A DNA stretch of 63,819 nt, filler included, from an uncultured archaeon (GTDB lineage: Archaea; Iainarchaeota; Iainarchaeia; Iainarchaeales; 1-14-0-10-31-34), in the NCBI GenBank assembly GCA_964442255.1. It is 9 parts of 9 records of this genome, joined end to end, with 100 filler letters (N's around TTAATTAATTAA, not from the genome) between each part and the next. Parts side by side here need not be neighbours in the genome. Positions count along the whole stretch, not along the records: positions 54,452 to 60,096 come from CAYTYC010000042.1; positions 60,197 to 63,819 come from CAYTYC010000047.1; 7 more parts are not named here. The stretch is one strand, 5' to 3'. The notes under the pieces are model-generated. The model was not told the DNA's origin. It saw only the letters and a list, made by a program, of their open reading frames with translations, and did not search any database. The position numbers and the translations under genes were made by a program. Positions 56,357-63,819 of the stretch are shown here, one piece after another. Each line of letters starts with the position of its first letter. Positions within the stretch are counted from its first letter, which is position 1.

Positions 56357-56437
56357 TCGAACACCTTCTTTGCTTCCCCCAATAAATCGGCTGCAATCTC
56401 GCTGTCGTAAGCCTCTTTTGGGAATCTCCTTTCTCAT
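56326..56437 (-). pseudogene. internally deleted HEPN toxin remnant
   Basis: MRKE start joined out of frame to PKEAYDSEIAADLLGEAKKVFEWAEKQI*, overlapping the MNT start. Confidence 0.6.
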
Positions 56438-56523
56438 GAAAAACACCAAACCAGAAACAGTATTTAATTATAACCAAGAAAAGGGATAGCCCGGGGGAGA
56501 TTCGGGCATGGTGCAACCATCCA

Positions 56524-56745
56524 TTAAAGCAATTTCAGGAATTCTTCTCTTGAAATGCCGGTTTGTTTCAGGATTGACAACAGCGTCCCGGGAACAACAA
56601 TTTTGTGGTTTGGAACAGTTACCCTCCTGAAAGGCGCCTTGTTTTCCCTTAAAATAAAGTGGCTGCCTGTCTGGTGGTCGACTTCAAAACCGGTTTTCCG
56701 CAACGCCTTTATTATTTTGGTTCCGGAAAGAACGGGAAGCTTCAT
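56524..56745 (-). CDS. hicA: HicA family toxin
   Basis: LPVLSG...HQTGSH...VPNH...GTLLSIL. Confidence 0.9.
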   Translation of the reverse strand: MKLPVLSGTKIIKALRKTGFEVDHQTGSHFILRENKAPFRRVTVPNHKIVVPGTLLSILKQTGISREEFLKLL

Positions 56746-56964
56746 TTAAGCCACAGAAACAGCCGCGATTTCAACAGTTCTTTCAAAAACCTTTTCCTCA
56801 GGGTGCTTTTTCAGGCTCTCCAAATAGCCCTTAACCGCATCCTTAATGTTTTTCAAAGCTTGGGCCTTGGTTTTTCCCTGCGAAATGCATCCAAGCAGCC
56901 CGGGAACTTCGGCCACAAACCAGCCTGTTTCAGCATCCTTTGTCAAAACAACTTTATACTCCAT
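56746..56964 (-). CDS. hicB: HicB family antitoxin
   Basis: VPGLLGCISQGKTKAQALKNIKDA. Confidence 0.9.
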   Translation of the reverse strand: MEYKVVLTKDAETGWFVAEVPGLLGCISQGKTKAQALKNIKDAVKGYLESLKKHPEEKVFERTVEIAAVSVA

Positions 56965-57004
56965 AAAAACCAACAAACATTATGCAGGATAGGCTTTTTA
57001 TAAT

Positions 57005-57077
57005 TAGCCCCGAGGAGATTCGAACTCCTGTCAAGAGGTCCAGAACCTCTTATGCTTGGCCGCTACACTACGGGGCT
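57005..57077 (-). tRNA. tRNA-Gln(CTG), no intron
   Basis: AGCCCCG/CGGGGCT-A acceptor, AGAGG-TTCTGGA-CCTCT anticodon arm, GTTCGAATC. Confidence 0.95.
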
Positions 57078-57137
57078 GTGCTCCGCAGCCTGTTTTTTGG
57101 TGAACCTTTTTTTAAAAGGTTCCCAGGCTACGGGGCT
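57078..57137 (-). other. tRNA-Gln 5' leader: copy of the tRNA 5' end, hairpin, antisense copy
   Basis: AGCCCCGTAG duplicated (57128-57137); GCCCCGTAGCCTG pairs with CAGGCTGCGGAGC. Confidence 0.75.
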
Positions 57138-57166
57138 ATCAGAAAAAATCTAATTAAGCAGGTTAT

Positions 57167-57553
57167 TTAACCTTTTCTTCTTGCCGGATCGCTTCCGCCA
57201 AAGGCAATTAAGCGGTCTTTTACTTTTTTACCCAACCAGTATTTTCCATGCGTTCCCTCCCCATACTCGTCTATCATCGACTCCAATCTTTTCGCCAAAA
57301 GCTCTGCAAGGGTTTTTTCTTGGAGACGGCCTTGATGTTCCATGCTTTGAGCACTCCTTTGCACCAGCCTGAAAAGCCATAACGCTGAATTGAAATCAGG
57401 GTCAGACCATTCTGCAGCCGGCTTTTCAAGCAAAGCAGTCAAAGCCTTTCGCCTTTTTTTTCTGTCCCGCCCGTCGGCTTTTCGGTTGGAAGGTTCTGCA
57501 GCCTTTTTTCCGCCGCCCCGTGAACCTCTGCCCCCTGCTTTTTTTGCCGGCAT
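57167..57553 (-). CDS. basic hypothetical protein
   Basis: K/R-rich ORF with no recognisable motif. Confidence 0.5.
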   Translation of the reverse strand: MPAKKAGGRGSRGGGKKAAEPSNRKADGRDRKKRRKALTALLEKPAAEWSDPDFNSALWLFRLVQRSAQSMEHQGRLQEKTLAELLAKRLESMIDEYGEGTHGKYWLGKKVKDRLIAFGGSDPARRKG

Positions 57554-57620
57554 TCAAGTAAAAAAAGGCGGAAAAACTTAATTAAGGCTTCGTTTTGCGG
57601 GAGCCTCAATAAGGTGAAAA

Positions 57621-58328
57621 CTATTTCCCGAACCTTCTCTGCCTTTCGTAAAATTCGTCAACCGCAAGCGCCAAATCCTGCTGCGAAAATTCCGGCCAAA
57701 ACTTGTTCAAAAAATAGAGCTCGGAATAGGAGGACTGGTAGGTGAGAAAACCGCTTAATCTTTGAGTGAAGCCTGTCCTGACAATCATGTCAGGGTCCCG
57801 GAAACCGGAGTAAAGGTAATTCTTGAAAGAACCTTCATTCAAAGTTGAAAGGTCAAGGTTGTTTTGCTTGTATTGTTCCGCGATTTTTTTTGCGGCATCC
57901 ACTATTTCGGCCTGCCCGTTGTAGCCGAGCGCCATTGTGACAACCTTTTTTTTGAAGGACGAAGTGAAGTCCTCTGCCTTAAGCATTTTTTCCTGCAATT
58001 TTTTTGGAAGTCCCTCTGTTCGCCCGATAAACTTGAGCCTCACTTCATTTCCGGTGAAAGTTGAAGTGCTCCAAACCTTGTCCAGTTCGCGCTCAAAGAT
58101 TTTGAAAAGAATTCTCAGTTCCGCGCTTTTGCGGGTGAGGTTTTCCAAAGACAGGGTGTAAAAGGTTCCTGCCTTAATTTTGGGGTAAAAGTTAAGCCAG
58201 TCCAGGACATCCCAAGCCTTTTTTGTGCCAAGCTGATAGGAGTGAAGCAGGGAGGCGCCGCTTTTAAGCGCATACCTTCTGTTTCCGTCGGGAATGAATC
58301 CGATTGAGGTTAACTCCAAAATGCCCAC
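57621..58328 (-). CDS. uppS: cis-prenyltransferase
   Basis: IPDGNRR, SLEN, YNG, PDMIVRTG...RLSGF, RRFGK. Confidence 0.92.
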   Translation of the reverse strand: MGILELTSIGFIPDGNRRYALKSGASLLHSYQLGTKKAWDVLDWLNFYPKIKAGTFYTLSLENLTRKSAELRILFKIFERELDKVWSTSTFTGNEVRLKFIGRTEGLPKKLQEKMLKAEDFTSSFKKKVVTMALGYNGQAEIVDAAKKIAEQYKQNNLDLSTLNEGSFKNYLYSGFRDPDMIVRTGFTQRLSGFLTYQSSYSELYFLNKFWPEFSQQDLALAVDEFYERQRRFGK

Positions 58329-58712
58329 CTTTTAATGCAATATAGACGTAAATCTAAGTCAAATAAACTAATAAACCTTATTAACTATTTAAATATTATG
58401 CTCAAGCAGTTAAAGCCCATGGGAGGCAATAACATGAAAAAACGGCCCAGGGAAAGGGACGAATTCGCGGAAAACGTGAAAAAACTGTTTGTAAATTTCA
58501 GCGAAACACGGGAATTCAGGCCAGAGCTGGGAAGCGCGGAAAAAATCAGGTCGGAACTGGAGGAAATAAAGGTTCCGTCGCTGAAAGCGCTGAAAGAAGA
58601 GTAAGTCTTTACGGCAGTCTGCAAAAGCCGTGAAAAAAAAAAGCAAGGCTTCCGGGGTTTCCTGAAAAAAAATTCCCAAAGACTCAAAAGCCTCAAAAAA
58701 AAGTGTAAAGCA

Positions 58713-59063
58713 ATGCTCTTCAACAAAACACGCAACAGAAAACTTGTCGAGAAAACGGAGATTGCTGATTCTTTCCTGAAAAGGTTTCGGGGACTGATGT
58801 TCAGGGGAAAGCCTGATTACGCGTTAGTGTTTGAACTGGAAAAAGAAACGCGTTTGGGGGCAAGCATTCACATGCTTTTCGTTTTTTTTCCGATTGACGT
58901 GGTTTACCTGGATTCGGGGAAAAAAGTGGTGGACATTAAATCAGGGTTAAAGCCATGGAGCCTGAATTACACGCCGAAAAAGGCCGCAAAATATTTTGTG
59001 GAATTTCCTGTGGGAAAATTGCGGGAAAAGATTGGATTGGGCGATGTTTTGCAATGGGATTAA
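58713..59063 (+). CDS. DUF192 family protein
   Basis: RFRGLMF, IHMLFVFFPIDVVYLD. Confidence 0.9.
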   Translation: MLFNKTRNRKLVEKTEIADSFLKRFRGLMFRGKPDYALVFELEKETRLGASIHMLFVFFPIDVVYLDSGKKVVDIKSGLKPWSLNYTPKKAAKYFVEFPVGKLREKIGLGDVLQWD

Positions 59064-59095
59064 ATTTAAATTAGGGTTTAAGGACAGTATTATCG

Positions 59096-59329
59096 GTGAA
59101 GGAAATGGAAAGAATTGAATGCTCTGCGGTAATCGTTAAGGGGGAAGTGGCTTTTGTGGCTTTTTGCCCGGAGCTGGGGGTCACAAGCCAGGGGAAAACC
59201 GAGAAAACCGCTTTTTCTAACCTGAAAGAAGCCGTTGAACTTTACCTGGAAGACGAGGATATAAGGGAGCAGCTGAAAACGCATCCTGTAAAGAAAGCGA
59301 AAATAAAAACCATTGCTGTCAGCGCTTAA
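59096..59329 (+). CDS. hicB: HicB family antitoxin
   Basis: CPELGVTSQGKT...NLKEAVELYLE. Confidence 0.88.
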   Translation: MKEMERIECSAVIVKGEVAFVAFCPELGVTSQGKTEKTAFSNLKEAVELYLEDEDIREQLKTHPVKKAKIKTIAVSA

Positions 59330-59339
59330 GGCGGTTTTT

Positions 59340-59573
59340 GTGCCAAGGCTTCCAATAATTTCCGGAAAACGGCTGGTTAAAATTCTTTCAAATAACGGCT
59401 TTGAAGTTGTTGGAAGGAAAGGAAGCCATGTGCGGCTCAAAAAGAAAACAAAAGAAAAAACGCTTGTAACCGTTGTGCCGCTGCATAAAGAGCTTGACCC
59501 GGGAACTTTGCTTGCGATACTGAAGCAATGCGAAAGTTCAAGGGAAGAATTTGATTCAATTTTGGCGAAGTAA
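59340..59573 (+). CDS. hicA: HicA family toxin
   Basis: LPIISGK...RKGSHV...VPLHKELDPGTL. Confidence 0.9.
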   Translation: MPRLPIISGKRLVKILSNNGFEVVGRKGSHVRLKKKTKEKTLVTVVPLHKELDPGTLLAILKQCESSREEFDSILAK

Positions 59574-59618
59574 AAAATAGAGGGAATTCGTAAAACAATA
59601 ACAGTGGACACAGAAAAC

Positions 59619-60096
59619 TTATTTTAGTTCCCCCAATTTTTTGTTTTTCGCAAGTTTTGTTAAAGCTTTTTTCAATGCTGTCAAAATGGTTTTCTCTGGT
59701 TTATCCAAGATTATGGCTGCTTCTTCCACAGTTAGGTTTCTTTTTTTGCTTGAAAAGAAAATAACCTCAACAACATTTCGTTGCGTAGCAGCCAAAGAAT
59801 CCAAAGCGCTGCCAATTACTGCAGTTCTTTCTTTAAGGATTAAATCGGTTTCAGAGGTTCTCTTGGTTACGGCAACTCTTTCCCCGTAATCCCAACCTAA
59901 ACCATGAATTCCCAGTTCTTCGGATAACTCAGCCATTCTGCGCCAGTAATCATTCCAGTATCTGGCAATGCCTTCCCTTAGTTTTCTTTGAAAATCCGGG
60001 TCCTGATGCAACCTCCTCATCCTCTCATCCCTCGCCCTAGCAAAATCCGGGTCCTGATGCAACCTCCTCATCCTCTCATCCCTCGCCCTAGCAAAA
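59619..60096 (-). CDS. 17-aa repeat protein with a C-terminal sigma70 region-4-like HTH; 5'-truncated
   Basis: 51-bp tandem (59991-60096) encoding MRRLHQDPDFARARDER; ALDSLAATQRNVVEVIF...TVEEAAIIL...KALTKL. Confidence 0.65.
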
Positions 60097-60196
60097 NNNN
60101 NNNNNNNNNNNNNNNNNNNNNNNNNNNNNNNNNNNNNNNNTTAATTAATTAANNNNNNNNNNNNNNNNNNNNNNNNNNNNNNNNNNNNNNNNNNNN

Positions 60197-60540
60197 GAGC
60201 AAAGCGAAGGAGGTGGCATCTCAGTGCCGGCGGACGAAACCGCCAAACGCGGGCGAAGCGAGCAAATCTGCCTCAAGCGAAAGCGAGAGGCAGCCTCCCG
60301 GCACTCCCACCCGAAAGCATGGCACACTCCACTCCCGCGAGCAGGCGGGATTCCGCTGCCGGGAACAGCCGGCATACCGGACCTGCCCTATGGAATGGGC
60401 AAATGCAAACGCGTAGCGTGAGCAACAACCATGCGCTAGCATGGCTCCCTGCACTGCCGGCAGAAGCCGGCAACCGCGAGCGAAGCGAGCAACAACCATG
60501 CGCTAGCATGGCTCCCTGCACTGCCGGCAGAAGCCGGCAA
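60197..60540. repeat. GC-rich hairpin-module array abutting the tRNA-Pro 3' end
   Basis: 54-bp direct repeat at 60420-60473 and 60487-60540; GCGAAGC, CCATGCGCTAGCATGG and TGCCGGCAGAAGCCGGCA modules. Confidence 0.85.
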
Positions 60541-60541
60541 A

Positions 60542-60803
60542 TGGGGCCCCGGGGATTTGAACCCCGGTCTACACCACGTTGGAACGCTTTTTTCTTTTCC
60601 CACGGCTTTTCGCCGAAGGCGAGTTTTTTGATAAAACTTTTCCTTGCAAACCCAAAGGTTTGCGAGGCTCCGCAACGTTGGAAACCTGCGGGTTTCCGAC
60701 GCGTCGAAAAACCGAAGGTTTTTCAACGAAGCTTTGCTTTTACAAGGTTTCCAAAAAGTTTTTCCCCAAGGTGCAATGCTAGTCCAGGCTACACCAAGGC
60801 CCC
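60542..60803 (-). tRNA. tRNA-Pro(GGG) with a 187-nt BHB intron (60577-60763)
   Basis: GGGGCCT/GGGCCCC-A acceptor, GCACC/GGTGT anticodon stem, loop TTGGGG|T, BHB helix TTGG/CCAA with 3-nt bulges. Confidence 0.9.
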
Positions 60804-60838
60804 TTGAATAAAACTGGAAAAGAAATGTTTTAATATAC

Positions 60839-63505
60839 ATGAACTTAGTATTAATTATGATGGGGGCAGATAACTTGCTTGGAAGCCTGTTTACCGCGCT
60901 TTTGTTTTTAACTGGCCTGCCTTTTACTGGCACCGGGATAGACTTGGAAAACCTCGCCGTAAGCGACTACAATGTGAGCACCAATTCCCCTTCCCTGAAT
61001 GAAGGCGACTGGCTTGAGCCGGAGAAAGCTTATGGAAAAGGAGGAGGGCAGTCTTTTGCCTTGGATTCAGGGGTTTCCCATGAATTCAGCGGCTTTGGCT
61101 TTGACATTCCCGCAAAATCAACAATTAACGGAATTGAGGTGCTGGATGACAGCTGGGTTGAAGGAACAATTTTTTCCCCTAAACTCAAGGTCTTTCTTTC
61201 AGGGGACGGGGGGAACAGCTGGACAAACCCAAAATCGCATGCACTCACTGATTCAGAACAAACGCATTCCTTAGGCGGGCCGGAAGACAGCTGGGGAGTA
61301 GACTGGCTGAGCGGGGAAATAAACAGCGACGATTTCAGGGTAAAAATTGAGTCAGCTTCAGGGCTTATGATTGCGGGAAGCAGTTTCAGGGAAGACTGGG
61401 TAAGGGTTAAAGTGCATTACACTGAACCTGTTGACTCGTATGCGCCTGACCTGAACTTGAAGAGCCCAAAAAACAAGAAATACGGTTTTGATGAAGGGAT
61501 TCCCTTAAGCTACGAGGTTTCTGATGATGTTGCTTTATCCAGGTGCTGGTACAATCTGGACGGCGACGAAAATATTACGATAAAAAATTGCGAAAACACT
61601 TTTTTTGACGCCAACAAAGGAATTCACTCCCTTAACTTGTTTGCAGAGGACACTTCAGGAAAGGTAAGCACTGAATCAGTTAAGTTTTTGGTTTCTTTGA
61701 AGCCAAGCCAGCCGGTGCTTGTGCTTTACGACAGCTCAATGCCTTCAAACCATTACGACCACTACCTGGCGGAAATACTGAAAACAGAGGGTTTAATGGC
61801 TTTCCAGAAGGCAGACCTTTCAGATTACCGGAAAGGCTTTTTTCCTTTAAACGGGTTTGATTTAGTGATTCTGCTGGAAACAACTGGGTTGAACGTAAGA
61901 GAGGTAATGGATCTCAAAATGTTTGTGAGAAGAGGCGGAAGCCTGATTGGAGTCAATCCAGACAAGAGGCTTGCAAAAGTATTCGGGGTTAAGCCGCTTA
62001 ACTCAAGCCAAAACGGCGGATACATTAAAGTTAACGGAAGCACGGAAATTGGGCACGGAGTTGAGGAAACTCCTATTCAATTCCATTCTGAAGCAGAACT
62101 GTACGAACTGGAGGGAGCTGAAGCGGCTGCATGGCTGTACTCTGACAGAAACAATGCAACAAACTTCCCTGCAATAACACAATACAGTTACGGAAAAGGC
62201 CGCAGTGTTTTATTCGCTTACCCTCTTGTGAAGTCGGTTGTTCTCCTGCACCAAGGGGATGACAGCATGCAAGACATGACTGACACGGACGGGGACGGAA
62301 AATACAGGCCGCAAGATTATTTTGCGAACGGCTTCTATGACGCAAGCAATGCAAGCATTCCGCAGGCAGACGAGCACCAGTCTGCACTGGTTAATTCCGT
62401 TTATTATTTGATGTCAGAAAAGAAGCCTCTTCCAAGGGCCTGGTATTTTCCGGACTACAGCAAAGTAATTTGCCTTATTTCAAGTGACTCCGGCGGAGAC
62501 GACGGCGGAAGGGACATTGAAGTGGAATACCATTCAAACAAGGTGGAGTCATACGGCGGCTGCGCGCATTACAATATTTTGGATTTGGATTTAAGTGTCC
62601 GCGAACACCGCGCCCTCACTGAAAACTGCCACAGCGTTTCGCCTCATGCATATGTAAGCGATACCCCGACACTGGAGGAAATGGAGGGAGGCGTAAGAAG
62701 GGATGTAAGGGACTTCAAAGAAAAGTTTGGGGACCTTGGGAAAGTGCAGGTAACCCACAGCAACATATTTGTGGGTTACTGGGAAACCGCAAAATATTTT
62801 GCTGACAACGGCATTAGGATGAGCGCACAAAACGGCGCCCCAATACATGAAGCCCCTTACCATGGCTACCTGTTTGGCACGGCCCTGCCCTTTAAAATAA
62901 TAAAAAACGAGGACGGCAATCCCGTGATAAACGCGTTTCAGCAGCCTTTGGTTTTCTCGGACATGGTGATGATAGAATACGGCGGATACAATGAAGCGGA
63001 AGCAAAACAAATAACGAAAAACATTTTGGACAACCTGAAAAACTCTTACTACGGGACTGCGAGGTTTAATTTCCATGCTTACGGCCTTTACATTGACAAT
63101 GGCGGATTTGAAAGAGACTGGTTTGATTACACGCTGGATTACTGCAGCCGGAATTCCATGCCTTTATGGTCCTCGGACCACTTTTACAACTACTGGACTG
63201 ACCGCCTTATAACAGAATTTGAAAACATCAGGTTCAACGGGGAACTGTTAAGCTTCCGGGTTTGGGCTGCGCCAAACAATTCAACTATCCTGGTTCCAGG
63301 TAAATTTAATGGATTGGAAGTAAAGTCGGTTGAGGTTGACGGATCGGAAGTTTCCCATTCAAGTTTTCCAGCGGACGGAACAGAGTACACGGGATTCACT
63401 GTCAGCGGCCCAGACCACCGGGTTAAAGTCTTATACGCTGAAATAAAACAGGAAGAGCCGCCAAAGCCAGGCAAAAAAACCGTTCCAAAACTTGTTTCGG
63501 TTTAG
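60839..63505 (+). CDS. large secreted multidomain protein (Ig-like, GATase-like and polysaccharide-deacetylase-like regions)
   Basis: N-terminal hydrophobic segment; YLAEILKTEG, IPQADEHQ, PLPRAWYFP, FNFH. Confidence 0.65.
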   Translation: MNLVLIMMGADNLLGSLFTALLFLTGLPFTGTGIDLENLAVSDYNVSTNSPSLNEGDWLEPEKAYGKGGGQSFALDSGVSHEFSGFGFDIPAKSTINGIEVLDDSWVEGTIFSPKLKVFLSGDGGNSWTNPKSHALTDSEQTHSLGGPEDSWGVDWLSGEINSDDFRVKIESASGLMIAGSSFREDWVRVKVHYTEPVDSYAPDLNLKSPKNKKYGFDEGIPLSYEVSDDVALSRCWYNLDGDENITIKNCENTFFDANKGIHSLNLFAEDTSGKVSTESVKFLVSLKPSQPVLVLYDSSMPSNHYDHYLAEILKTEGLMAFQKADLSDYRKGFFPLNGFDLVILLETTGLNVREVMDLKMFVRRGGSLIGVNPDKRLAKVFGVKPLNSSQNGGYIKVNGSTEIGHGVEETPIQFHSEAELYELEGAEAAAWLYSDRNNATNFPAITQYSYGKGRSVLFAYPLVKSVVLLHQGDDSMQDMTDTDGDGKYRPQDYFANGFYDASNASIPQADEHQSALVNSVYYLMSEKKPLPRAWYFPDYSKVICLISSDSGGDDGGRDIEVEYHSNKVESYGGCAHYNILDLDLSVREHRALTENCHSVSPHAYVSDTPTLEEMEGGVRRDVRDFKEKFGDLGKVQVTHSNIFVGYWETAKYFADNGIRMSAQNGAPIHEAPYHGYLFGTALPFKIIKNEDGNPVINAFQQPLVFSDMVMIEYGGYNEAEAKQITKNILDNLKNSYYGTARFNFHAYGLYIDNGGFERDWFDYTLDYCSRNSMPLWSSDHFYNYWTDRLITEFENIRFNGELLSFRVWAAPNNSTILVPGKFNGLEVKSVEVDGSEVSHSSFPADGTEYTGFTVSGPDHRVKVLYAEIKQEEPPKPGKKTVPKLVSV

Positions 63506-63673
63506 CGGTAAACGCAATGTAGAATTTTTTACATGCAAAACGACTGCGCGGCAGGAATGGGTTGAAGAATTTGCCTTTGGTGAAATCATCAAATGCAAGT
63601 TTCCTATTCTTATTTTCCTATGCGCATAATCCATCCCAAGAAAAGCAAGGACTGAATTGGCGTGGCTTGTTCT

Positions 63674-63819
63674 TGCCTGGCGAAACCGGCAAATGCGAGC
63701 AAACCTGCCTCCGGAGCAAAGCGAAGGAGGTGGCATCTCAGTGCCGGCGGACGAAACCGCCAAACGCGAGCGAAGCGAGCAACAACCATGCGCTAGCATG
63801 GCTCCCTGCACTGCCGGCA
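63674..63819. repeat. GC-rich hairpin-module array, same family and orientation as 60197-60540
   Basis: 63714-63768 is identical to 60197-60251, followed by the repeat unit of ~60475-60529. Confidence 0.88.

Noticed and set aside
60319..60933. ORFs 60319-60807 and 60436-60933 (also 31189-31494 and 63431-63811)
   Set aside because: They overlap tRNA genes and GC-rich palindromic repeats and have no protein-like features.

Overview
Archaeal draft genome, probably DPANN and possibly Iainarchaeota/Diapherotrites-like (inferred from gene content and style only). The window is nine contigs joined by N-padded TTAATTAATTAA linkers (10312-10411, 20243-20342, 27516-27615, 34476-34575, 41239-41338, 47922-48021, 54352-54451, 60097-60196), plus one scaffold gap (17436-17535). 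Recognisable genes: archaeal ThrRS; a Tad/type IV pilus cluster whose ATPase carries an Ala-initiated (KlbA-type) mini-intein; redox and metal genes; a PurD-like ATP-grasp enzyme; a DEAD-box helicase; a tetraether-synthase-like radical SAM enzyme; e-MtaB; RFC small subunit; Nre; glycosyltransferases; IscS/IscU; a split class III ribonucleotide reductase; UppS; and many toxin-antitoxin (TA) genes. The most striking signal is non-coding. A family of modular hairpin repeats occurs in stable-RNA genes, where it (i) forms a 187-nt BHB intron in tRNA-Pro(GGG) and a 147-nt intron in tRNA-Tyr(GTA), (ii) fills the D'-C' loop of a box C/D sRNA, and (iii) sits in 5' leaders of tRNA-Tyr and tRNA-Gln that carry both a copy and an antisense copy of the tRNA 5' end. 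Downstream of both tRNA-Tyr and tRNA-Gln, TA cassettes are stacked and separated by degenerate copies of the tRNA 3' end, with no integrase in view. All calls come from reading the sequence by eye; no searches were run.
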